Assembly: GCA_965218295.1 (NCBI GenBank)
Contig: CBDCKN010000013.1
Coordinates: forward strand, 1 to 64,000
DNA: 64,000 nucleotides
Direction: 5' to 3'
From: Longimicrobiales bacterium
Lineage (GTDB): Bacteria; Gemmatimonadota; Gemmatimonadetes; Longimicrobiales; Gaopeijiaceae
Shown here one piece after another: positions 29,605 through 38,104 of this stretch. The notes under the pieces were generated by a model that did no database searches, was not told the DNA's origin, and saw nothing but the letters and a program-made list of their open reading frames with translations. The translations under genes were made by a program, and so were the position numbers. The first letter of the stretch is position 1. Every line of letters begins with the position of its first letter.

Positions 29605-29710
29605 TCAGGTTGCTCGTGCCATCCGCTCCTTCAACTCCTCGAAGAAGTTGTGGACGAAGATGAGTTCGGCGCCCTCAGCCTCTCCCTGCTCAAGCAGAGT
29701 GGCGGACTCG
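29605..29710 (-). pseudogene. Orphan 3' fragment resembling the C-terminus of kinase/TolB-like beta-propeller proteins
   Basis: …AELIFVHNFFEELKERMARAT*; no upstream coding region. Confidence 0.35.
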
Positions 29711-29750
29711 GAAAGGGCCTTTGAAATCCTTCTTCCTATCCCTGCCCTGC

Positions 29751-30638
29751 TCAGCGATGCAGTGAGGCCACTCCGCCCTCCATCCCGCGGAGCGTTCTCA
29801 CTTCCTCGGGAGTCAGCGGCCGATTGAAGAGCGCGAGCTCATCGTACAGTCCAACGTAGTTCACGCCGAGCCGGATCGCGGCTCGCGACATATCCCACGT
29901 AAACGGCTCTCCGATGCCTTCCATGGTCTTGGGCTGCGGCTCCCCGTTCAGATAGAGATTCGCGGTTCCGCCGTCTTCGCTGCCTAGCCCTGTAAAGGTG
30001 ATGGCGACGTGCGTCCACTCCCCCCTGGCAAATGGAGGTTGGTCCACGGCAATCAGCCGCTCGAGAAAAAAGGGATAGTCGTTCGAGGAAAGGTTATCCG
30101 GGTTCCAGACTGCCAGATCACCGAAGATACCGAGGCGGAACTGGCGGGGGTTGTCGCGCGTGAAGTCGACCCAGATCGCGGCGTCGTTGTAGGCGACGTC
30201 GGTTATTTGAATCGGATCGCAGAATCCCGGCTCCAGGTCCTCCCCGGGCTCGAGGCTGAGCCAAAAAGATACGGTACCCGACCAGGTCGATTCCGAGAAA
30301 GCGACGTTGTCCTCCGCGAGGTAAAAGACGGCGAAGGTGTTCTTCTTCTTGAACTCGAGCGCGTTGCCGAACCGTCCTGAGCCCTCGACGATCTCGATCT
30401 CCGGACTGCCGATGCCGACTGCCGCTTCATCTTGCTCATCGTACGAGGGTGCGGTGTAGAGCGTGGCGTCCCCAAGGGCGAAGTCCGCATCGGGACCGTT
30501 GTCGAACGATGCATGGAAAGTCAGCGCCTGCGCGAGCGAGGCGATGGCGTCCTCGTCTTCAGCCGCGGGAGTGCAAGTGACGCTGGCTAGAAGAGTAATG
30601 ACGGAAGCTACTCGCGCGAATGAACGTGGGTTTCTCAC
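29751..30638 (-). CDS. LamG/concanavalin-like fold exported (lipo)protein
   Basis: Signal with Cys (LLASVTC); LTFHASFD, GRFGNAL.F, GTVSFW, WTHVAITF, LYLNG, G.YDELALFNRPLT.EEV. Confidence 0.8.
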   Translation of the reverse strand: MRNPRSFARVASVITLLASVTCTPAAEDEDAIASLAQALTFHASFDNGPDADFALGDATLYTAPSYDEQDEAAVGIGSPEIEIVEGSGRFGNALEFKKKNTFAVFYLAEDNVAFSESTWSGTVSFWLSLEPGEDLEPGFCDPIQITDVAYNDAAIWVDFTRDNPRQFRLGIFGDLAVWNPDNLSSNDYPFFLERLIAVDQPPFARGEWTHVAITFTGLGSEDGGTANLYLNGEPQPKTMEGIGEPFTWDMSRAAIRLGVNYVGLYDELALFNRPLTPEEVRTLRGMEGGVASLHR

Positions 30639-31069
30639 TGTCGTTCTCCCTGGTTGTGGGTACGCCCTGCCAATTCCGTGGCGTGTTGACCACACGATTC
30701 GTTTGACTGGCATTGCATCCCTTGTCCCTACCGTCAGGCCGCAAAGGAATCTCATGCCAATATCCCCCAATCTATAGTCAACTTGTCAGGCTCGGACTTA
30801 CAATCGGACCATACTACTATAGAGCGGCGAACATACCGGCACTCTCGATAATCCCCAGCGTTGGAGGGGAAAACCCAATCCAGCCCGAGCTAGGATCAAA
30901 GGGTGTGTAAAAAGAGAGGCGGAGTTCCGGAATTATCCCAACTCCCGGCGGGCAAGTCCACGAGCGCCATTTCGGAGCTGGTGTCCAGAAATCGCCCCTG
31001 ATACCATAAAATGAACTTTGCGCATTCAATACCCTGGCCACAGCCTTTATTTTGACATGGAGTGTTTCC

Positions 31070-32272
31070 GTGCCCTCCCAACATGAACCACTGCCGCTCG
31101 AAGGCGTCACCGTCGTGGACATTGGCACGCTCTTCGCGGCGCCCTGGATAGCGACTCTCATGGCCGATTTCGGTGCGCACGTGTTTAAGGTCGAGCATCC
31201 GCGCGGGGATTCGCTCCGGAGCTTCGCGCCCCTGAAGGACGGTGTTTCCCTGTGGTGGAAATATGCAGGCCGGAACAAAAAGTCTGTAACGTTAAATCTC
31301 TCGAGTCCGGAGGGACAGGATATCCTGAAAAAACTCTGCGAAAATGCCGACGTGCTGGTCGAGAATTTTCGTCCCGGAACGCTGGAAAAATGGGGGCTTT
31401 CGTGGGAGACGCTTCACTCGCTGAATTCGAAACTCATCGTGATGCGCACGAGCGGCTTCGGCCAGGAAGGCCCCTACGCCAAGCGTCCGGGCTTCGGTAC
31501 CCTCGCCGAAGCCATGAGCGGCTTCGCGCACATCACCGGCTCCCCGGACGGCCCGCCGACGCTTCCCGCGTTCGCCTTGGCGGACGGGATCAGCGCAATG
31601 TGCGGCACCTACGCTGTCATGATAGCGCTCTACCACCGCGATGTGCACGGCACACCCGGTCAGATGATCGATAACGCAATCTACGAACCGATCACGGCCA
31701 TCTTAGGGCCTCAGTCCATGATGTACGACCAACTCGGAACCATCCAGGCGCGCACGGGAAACGCCCTCCCCTTTGTCGCGCCCAGGAACTCATACTGCTG
31801 CAAGGACGGCCGTTATGTCGTCATTTCCGCGAGTGCCGAAAGTATGTACAAGCGGATCATGAATGCCATCGATCGTTCCGATCTCGCGGACGATCCCCGC
31901 ATGCAGACCCAGGAGGGACGCGTGGCCCACGCGGCCGAGCTCGATCAGGCCATTCAGGACTGGATCGGAGCGCACACCCTCGATGAAGCCGTCCGGCACT
32001 TCCAGGATTTCGAGGGGGCCCTCGGCCCCATATACGACATCGAGCAACTTCTCTCCGATCCGCATGTTCAGCACAGAGAAACATTCACAACGGTGGAAGA
32101 CGAAGAGCTGGGCCCCCTGCGCATGCAAAACGTCATCCCCCGGATGATGGACACGCCCGGGCGCATCAAGTGGGCGGGGCCTCCGATAGGAAAACACACC
32201 GATGAAGTGCTCGGCGGGATTGGCTACTCCCCCGAAGATATCGCCCGCCTTCGCGAAGAGGGCACCATCTAG
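31070..32272 (+). CDS. CaiB/BaiF family (class III) CoA-transferase
   Basis: PLEGVTVVD, GRNKKSVTLNL, ADVLVENFRPGTLEKWG, SGFGQEGPY..RPG, P..G.HTDEVL. Confidence 0.93.
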   Translation: MPSQHEPLPLEGVTVVDIGTLFAAPWIATLMADFGAHVFKVEHPRGDSLRSFAPLKDGVSLWWKYAGRNKKSVTLNLSSPEGQDILKKLCENADVLVENFRPGTLEKWGLSWETLHSLNSKLIVMRTSGFGQEGPYAKRPGFGTLAEAMSGFAHITGSPDGPPTLPAFALADGISAMCGTYAVMIALYHRDVHGTPGQMIDNAIYEPITAILGPQSMMYDQLGTIQARTGNALPFVAPRNSYCCKDGRYVVISASAESMYKRIMNAIDRSDLADDPRMQTQEGRVAHAAELDQAIQDWIGAHTLDEAVRHFQDFEGALGPIYDIEQLLSDPHVQHRETFTTVEDEELGPLRMQNVIPRMMDTPGRIKWAGPPIGKHTDEVLGGIGYSPEDIARLREEGTI

Positions 32273-32405
32273 CAAAAGAGAGGCGACGTACCTTTCTGCT
32301 GAGAAGTCAACCAGGGAATTCCGGGTTAGAGCCCGGGGGAAAGGAACGACGCCTCATGAGGAAGGATCTCGTGGGACCCGGGGCTTTATGACAGAACGTA
32401 CGACC

Positions 32406-34094
32406 TCAGCGACGCCTTGGTTCGACAGGCTCGAAGCTGCGATAGTCGTTAGGATCGCCGCTGCCTTTGTATCTCGCCTGCAGCGGATATGGATAATGGG
32501 GCCGAGTGAATTCGTACCTGTCGGGTACCGATGAATTCGCTTGAACGGAAGTCGTTCCTTCGGGTTGAACGGAAGTCATTCCTTCGGCATGGTAGCCTAC
32601 GATCATATCCGGTGCCTGACCCTCTTCGACCCAGGCTTCTAGATAGCTGAGAAAGTCGCCGCTGGCCGCACCCACGCCACCAGAGCAATGCGACCGCCCC
32701 GGAATCATGAACAGCCGAACAGACTCTTGGGTGCTGGCCCGTCCGCCCATGATTCTTTCCGCCATCTCATAGTAGTCGACGCTGACTCGCGGCCCGGGAA
32801 GGCCGTCGTCTTCCCAGCCCTGGATGACCATCAGCTTGCCACCCGCAGCCTTCAAGTTACGCAGATCGGGATTGTTGTAGCCATTCAGAACCGCGTCCAT
32901 CATCGCGGTACGCTTGTAATCGTGGTCGAAATCAAAATCGGCCGACGTCCAGCTCGGCCCCGGATCCGGATTGAAACCCATGAACCGCCACCAACTGGTC
33001 TTATACTCGAGATCCATTGGAGCCGAATCGCCCGTCGGATTCGTCCCCATAAAGAAGGTGCCCTTCTCCGAGCCGGGCGTGGCGGGGTACCAGGGGAAGT
33101 ATCTGCTGACCTTCTCGCCTTCCGACGTCACCGGCCCGCTGTAGACTTTCCTGGCCGCCTCCACCTGGACCGGCGACAGACAGCCCGATCTCTGACCCGG
33201 CTCGCAGGTCAGTTCGGCAGGATCGAATGCGCAGGTCCGGGGATCGCCACCGATGATCCCATCCTCGAGGCCATCGTCCGCATCGCATGCGGCGAGGGCC
33301 CCCTCGTGAAGCACGTCCCGATCGGCGGGCGTGAAAAGCCGATTGCCGTCCTCGTCATGAGTCACCAGGGCATTCCACAGGAGCAGGACACCCGAGGCCG
33401 TCACGCTGGATGGCTCCATGGCGAGAATGCCGTCGAAGTTCCACGGAAATCGCTGCGCTTCGACCATCCCCTGCTTGCCACCGCCGGAACAGCCAACATG
33501 ATAGGAGAACTCTGGCGCCCTGCCGTAGTAGTGTTCTGTGATGGCCTTGCCCGCCAGGGCGGCGACGTGGTGGCCGCGGATGCCGTAATCAAACTCCGCC
33601 TGGAGATTGTTGTAGGCCCACGAGGCCCTGATATTCCAACCAGTATGCCCCGTATCGTGCGAGATACAGGCATAGCCTCTCCGCAATGCCTCATCGCACC
33701 AGGGGGCCATCTGTTCCGTCGAGCCGCCATAGCCACCAAGGCTCGCCTCCAGAAAATTGCCGTTCCAGTCGGAGCTCCTTGGCAGTCGTAACACGATCCC
33801 GACATTGGGCGAGACATAACCCTCCACACGGCAATGGGCGGGCACATCGCCGGCGGCATTCACCACCCGGGTTCCCGTCACCTGCGTCGGCGCATCCTGA
33901 ATGGCCGTGAAGTCTGTCGTCGGCAGCGCCTCGCAATCGGCGACAGCAGCCGACAGGCCATCGGACCGTGCCGCCGAGCTGGGATCTGTCTCAACGGCCA
34001 GGATCGCACCGGCGCTCGGGCTGCCGGCCCCGACCCACACCGCTCCCATCGCCAGGGCCAGGCCTACCGCGAATCTGTTGAACGTGCGCTTTAT
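32406..34094 (-). CDS. Tannase/feruloyl esterase-family hydrolase, copy 3 (start codon reads ATA)
   Basis: Full motif set; the position of the paralogs' ATG reads ATA (34092-34094) after the same GGAAGATACG leader; next ATG is at 34049. Confidence 0.88.
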   Translation of the reverse strand: MKRTFNRFAVGLALAMGAVWVGAGSPSAGAILAVETDPSSAARSDGLSAAVADCEALPTTDFTAIQDAPTQVTGTRVVNAAGDVPAHCRVEGYVSPNVGIVLRLPRSSDWNGNFLEASLGGYGGSTEQMAPWCDEALRRGYACISHDTGHTGWNIRASWAYNNLQAEFDYGIRGHHVAALAGKAITEHYYGRAPEFSYHVGCSGGGKQGMVEAQRFPWNFDGILAMEPSSVTASGVLLLWNALVTHDEDGNRLFTPADRDVLHEGALAACDADDGLEDGIIGGDPRTCAFDPAELTCEPGQRSGCLSPVQVEAARKVYSGPVTSEGEKVSRYFPWYPATPGSEKGTFFMGTNPTGDSAPMDLEYKTSWWRFMGFNPDPGPSWTSADFDFDHDYKRTAMMDAVLNGYNNPDLRNLKAAGGKLMVIQGWEDDGLPGPRVSVDYYEMAERIMGGRASTQESVRLFMIPGRSHCSGGVGAASGDFLSYLEAWVEEGQAPDMIVGYHAEGMTSVQPEGTTSVQANSSVPDRYEFTRPHYPYPLQARYKGSGDPNDYRSFEPVEPRRR

Positions 34095-34115
34095 CGTATC
34101 TTCCTTCCCTTGACC

Positions 34116-35750
34116 TCAGCGACGCCTTGGTTCGACAGGCTCGAAGCTCCGATAGTCGTTAGGATCGCCGCTGCCTCGGTATCTCGCCTGCAGCGGATAT
34201 GGATAATGAGGCCGAGTGAATTCGTACCTGTCGGGTACCGATGAATTCTCTTCAACCCAAGTCAATCCTTCGGCATGGTAGCCTATCATCATATCGGGCG
34301 CCTGACCCTCTTCGACCCAGGCTTCGAGATAGCTGAGAAAGTCGCCGCTGGCCGCACCAACGCCACTATTGCAATGCGACCGCCCCGGAATCATGAAGAG
34401 GCGATAAAATTCCTGGGTGCTGGCCCGCCCGCCCATGATTTTTTCCGCCATCTCATAGTAGTCGACGCTGACTCGCGGCCCGGGAAGGCCGGAGTCTTCC
34501 CAGCCCTGGATGACCATCAGCTTGCCACCCGCAGCCTTCAAGTTACGCAGATCGGGATTGTTGTAGCCATTCACAACCGCGTCCATCATCGCGGTACGCT
34601 TGTAATCGTGGTCGAAATCAAAATCGGCCCACGTCCAACTCGGCCCCGGATCCGGATTGAAACCCATGAACCGCCACCAACTGGTCTTATACTCGAGATC
34701 CATGGAAAAGTAGTCGCCCAGCTCCGAGCCGGGCGTGGCGGGGTACCAGGGGAAGTATCTGCTGACCTTCTCGCCTTCCGACGTCACCGGCCCGCTGTAG
34801 ACTTTCCTGGCCGCCTCCACCTGGACCGGCGACAGACAGCCCGATCTCTGACCCGGCTCGCAGGTCAGTTCGGCAGGATCGAATGCGCAGGTTCGGGGAT
34901 CACCACCGATGATCCCATCCTCGAGGCCATCGTCCGCATCGCATGCGGCGATGGCCCCCGCGTGAAGCACGTCCCGATCGGCGGGCGTGAAAAGCCGATT
35001 GCCGTCCTCGTCATGAGTCGCCCGGGAGTTCCACAGGAGCAGAACACCCGAGGCCGTCACGCTGGATGGCTCCATGGCGAGAATGCCGTCGAAGTTCCAC
35101 GGAAATCGCTGCGCTTCGACCATCCCCTGCTTGCCGCCGCCGGAACAGCCAACATGATAGGAGAACTCTGGCGCCCTGCCGTAGTAGTGTTCTGTGATGG
35201 CCTTGCCCGCCAGGGCGGCGACATGGTGACCGCGGATGCCGTAATCAAACTCCGCCTGGAGATTGTTGTAGGCCCACGAGGCCCTCATCTGCCAGCCAGT
35301 ATGCCCCGTATCGTGCGAGATACAGGCATAGCCTCTCCGCAATGCCTCGTCGCACCAGGGGGCCTGCGCCTCCGTCGAGCCGCCATAGCCGCCAAGGCTC
35401 GCCTCCAGAAAATTGCCGTTCCAGTCGGAGCTCCCCGGCAGTCGTAACACGATCCCGACATTGGGCGAGACATAGCCCTCCACACGGCAATGGGCGGGCA
35501 CATCGCCAGCAGCATCCACCACCCGGGCTTCCGTCACCTGCGCCGGCGCATCCTGAATGGTCGTGAAGTCTGTCGTCGGCAGCGCCTCGCAGTCGGCGAC
35601 AGCAGCCGACGGGCCACCGGACCGGGCCGCCTCGCTGGGATCTGTCTCAGCGGCCAGGATCGCACCGGCGCTCGCGCTGCCGGCCCCGACCCACACCGCT
35701 CCCATCGCCAGGGCCAGGCCCACCGTGAATCTCTTGAACGTGCGCTTCAT
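34116..35750 (-). CDS. Secreted tannase/feruloyl esterase-family hydrolase, copy 4
   Basis: Full motif set including GCSGGG and PGRSHCNSG; AAGGAAG RBS. Confidence 0.93.
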   Translation of the reverse strand: MKRTFKRFTVGLALAMGAVWVGAGSASAGAILAAETDPSEAARSGGPSAAVADCEALPTTDFTTIQDAPAQVTEARVVDAAGDVPAHCRVEGYVSPNVGIVLRLPGSSDWNGNFLEASLGGYGGSTEAQAPWCDEALRRGYACISHDTGHTGWQMRASWAYNNLQAEFDYGIRGHHVAALAGKAITEHYYGRAPEFSYHVGCSGGGKQGMVEAQRFPWNFDGILAMEPSSVTASGVLLLWNSRATHDEDGNRLFTPADRDVLHAGAIAACDADDGLEDGIIGGDPRTCAFDPAELTCEPGQRSGCLSPVQVEAARKVYSGPVTSEGEKVSRYFPWYPATPGSELGDYFSMDLEYKTSWWRFMGFNPDPGPSWTWADFDFDHDYKRTAMMDAVVNGYNNPDLRNLKAAGGKLMVIQGWEDSGLPGPRVSVDYYEMAEKIMGGRASTQEFYRLFMIPGRSHCNSGVGAASGDFLSYLEAWVEEGQAPDMMIGYHAEGLTWVEENSSVPDRYEFTRPHYPYPLQARYRGSGDPNDYRSFEPVEPRRR

Positions 35751-35824
35751 CGTATCTTCCTTTCTTGCGAGTAACGTCACGTCGCAAGGTGCTCGCCGGC
35801 CTGACAGCGCTCGTGAAAGCACGA

Positions 35825-35961
35825 GACAAACGTGACCACGGCCCTCCTCTACGGCTGCTCCATCACTGCCATGTAACATCAAAGGCCGGTCCTACCGGCT
35901 GAAGGAGCTCGAGAAGCTCATCCGCTGAACCTCGACGCGGTGCGACTCACTCCCGCGCACA
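35825..35961 (+). mobile_element. istB: IS21-family remnant (second copy)
   Basis: Near-identical to 25648-25788 (…NIKGRSYRLKELEKLIR*…GCGCACA). Confidence 0.65.
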
Positions 35962-36109
35962 GCTTGGGGGTCGTCCGCTATCGTAAGCTCCGAATGTGAA
36001 GCTCACAACCAGTGGGCCAGCGGCGCCGTTCGTTCCCGAGGCCACTTCTGAAGGAGAGCCCTGAACCATGACTCAGGAAGAGATTACGATGGTCAAGGCC
36101 GGGGCTGGA

Positions 36110-36190
36110 CAGGTCGCGGATGTCAGAGAACGCGATGTGGGCGAGCTCGGTGATTACCTGATCCTGCGTGATGCCCGTGCGCTGCGCCCA
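36110..36190 (-). pseudogene. Phage terminase small-subunit fragment
   Basis: RTGITQDQVITELAHIAFSDIRDL matches the RT.IT.D.V..EL..IAF.D..D motif. Confidence 0.6.
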
Positions 36191-36379
36191 GGCACCTCGG
36201 CATGTACGTAGAGCGCCACGAGGTGAGCGGCAGGGACGGTGCACCCATCGTGGTCACCATCGACATAGCTCCGCGGCCTCGGTTCCTGACGGATTTGCCA
36301 CGAACCTTGCCACGACGCTCCCGCTCAGGACTCCTGAGTCGAGGGCGCTTCACATCGTAAGTCGTTGGCTCACAACCAG

Positions 36380-36463
36380 TGCCGGGAGGGGGATTCGAAC
36401 CCCCAAGGGCCGAAGCCCGCCGGATTTTGAGTCCGGTGCGTCTACCAATTCCACCATCCCGGC
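36380..36463 (-). tRNA. tRNA-Leu(CAA)
   Basis: GCCGGGATGGTGGAATTGGTAGACGCACCGGACT-CAA-AATCCGG, long variable arm, GGTTCGAATCC, discriminator A; CCA not encoded. Confidence 0.97.
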
Positions 36464-36471
36464 CGGGCCCT

Positions 36472-36500
36472 ATTCTACACGCCAGCGCGACCTCCCCCAA
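36472..36500 (-). promoter_or_regulatory. Probable tRNA promoter
   Basis: TTGGGG-N17-TAGAAT ending 8 nt before the tRNA 5' end. Confidence 0.5.
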
Positions 36501-36797
36501 GGTCTTCGTTGATCGTCCCACCGCACCGGAAGCGTCTACCCTATGGTGACGCGCCCTCACACGCAGCAGGAGTCCCCCCACTTATCGGTCCTACTGGGGT
36601 CTACATATGTGAAAGCGACCCTCCGTCGGCCCTCGGGGCCCTGTGGGGATATTTCCCCCTCCGGACGTCTGATTCCCAACTCGTCCAGCTTTCGGGACAG
36701 GTGTTCCCGCATTCGAACACTCTCGCGCCGCTCAGCCGCCGCGCCGAATCACGGCAAAACGGTTGTCCGTAAATCACTCATGTGGCAGTGCCAATCT

Positions 36798-36813
36798 TGG
36801 CACGGACCTTGTT
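36798..36813 (+). promoter_or_regulatory. sigma54-like -24/-12 element
   Basis: TGGCACGGACCTTGTT versus consensus TGGCACGN4TTGCW (one mismatch, at the -12 C). Confidence 0.45.
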
Positions 36814-36821
36814 GTAGAAGC

Positions 36822-36998
36822 GGACGTCGGACGGAGGAAACGAAGTCCGACCGGAAAATGGTGAATGTGATGATGAGGGGGGGCGGCTGAGGAGCCTGCG
36901 TGGATGATGTGCGAATAAGGATGATATGCGGATAATGGGAATTGGCTCGACGCCGTATAAAGCTCGGCAGGGATCGCCCCCCCTGCCGAGCTTTTTTT
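36822..36998 (+). ncRNA. Candidate GGA-rich small RNA
   Basis: About 175 nt between the sigma54-like element and a terminator; 11 GGA motifs; 5' hairpin with a GGAGGA loop; no credible ORF. Confidence 0.45.
36959..36998 (+). terminator. Intrinsic terminator
   Basis: AAAGCTCGGCAGGG / CCCTGCCGAGCTTT stem ending in T7. Confidence 0.9.
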
Positions 36999-37076
36999 GC
37001 ACCCCTACGAAGGATGGGGTAGTCTCCCACCACCACCCATGACCTCATTCCCATAGACTCCACTCCGACGCCGCGC

Positions 37077-38070
37077 GTGAGCCCCGCCCTCGTCGCGCCC
37101 GACACCGGGCCCCCGGAGTCGACTTCCTCCCCGACTCTCGTCGTGCTGGCGGCCGGCTTGTCCACACGGTATGGAGCCGTGAAGCCACTCGCGTCCGTCG
37201 GCCCGCAAGGGGAAGCCCTCATCGACTACGCCCTCTACGATGCCGCCCGCTCAGGATACGGTGACGCGATCCTGGTGGTGCGCCGGGAGATCGAGGCCGA
37301 AGTGTCACGGCATGTCGAGGAGCTCACCGCGGGCTCTTGGCCCTGCCGATTCGTTTGCCCAGCGCACGGACGACCTCCCCGACGGTGTCGCGTTGGCTGG
37401 AGGCCGTACGAAGCCCTGGGGGACCGGCCACGCTGTATGGACCGTGCGACATGCCGTCCGGGGGCCGCTCGCCGTGGTGAACGCCGATGACTTCTACGGG
37501 CGGGCCGCCCTACAAGCGCTGGCCGAGCGTCTGCTCGTTGGGGGCGCCCGGGAGAACCGGGGACCGCAAGACTATGTGGCGATCACCTATCGGCTGGCCG
37601 ACACCGTCTCCGATACCGCTCGGGTCTCGAGGGCCATCCTCCAGGTCGACGCCGACCATCAGGTCCGGGAGATCCGTGAGGTGCTTCGGGTCCACCGCAC
37701 ATCGGCGGGGATCGTCGGTGAGACCCCCGACGGCGTGGTGCTGTCCTTCTCCGGCGATGAGCCGTCCTCCATGGGCATCTGAGGTTTCAAGCCCAGCGTC
37801 TTCCCCCTTCTCGAGGGCAGCTTCCGCACCTTCCTCGGAGAGCTCACCACCGGAGGCTCGGGCGAGTTCTATCTGAGCGACACTTTGAACGGACTCCTCG
37901 CTTCCGGAGACGTCCGGGTCAAAGCCGTCGAGTCGGGTGCATCGGGATTCGGCGTGACCTTTCCCGACGATCGATCGGAGGTTCGAGCCCGCATCGATAG
38001 GCTCGTTGCCGAAGGCCACTATCCGGCAGATCTTCGGAGCGCATTCCGATCGTTGACGGACCCGAGTTGA
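37077..38070 (+). pseudogene. Sugar-phosphate nucleotidyltransferase (frameshift plus premature TGA)
   Basis: LVVLAAG.STRYG..K, RTKPWGTGHAV, NADDFYG, EFYL, FGVTF.DD; frameshift at ~37355 and TGA at 37780-37782 where Trp is expected (M..WGF). Confidence 0.88.
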
Positions 38071-38104
38071 CGGACCCGAGTGGACCTTCAGGAACAGAGC
38101 CCTG

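Larger units (their letters stand above)
32364..36102. repeat. ~3.7-kb segmental duplication, unit 2
   Basis: Direct repeat of 22249-25929. Confidence 0.92.
21560..36379. mobile_element. Degraded genomic island abutting the 3' end of tRNA-Leu (left boundary approximate)
   Basis: Ends at the tRNA 3' end; contains a terminase-like fragment, two IS21-like ends, a 3.7-kb duplication and many orphan gene fragments; no intact integrase seen. Confidence 0.6.

Noticed and set aside
22292..35750. Diversity-generating retroelement behind the esterase variation
   Set aside because: No reverse transcriptase or template repeat in the window; the variation includes indels and is not evidently adenine-specific.
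36909..36947. dif site (TGTGCGAATAA resembles a XerC arm)
   Set aside because: No XerD arm (TTATGTTAAAT-like) at 6-bp spacing; better explained as part of the GGATGAT repeat.
37780..37782. Selenocysteine at the in-frame TGA
   Set aside because: The position corresponds to an expected Trp, and the gene also has a frameshift.
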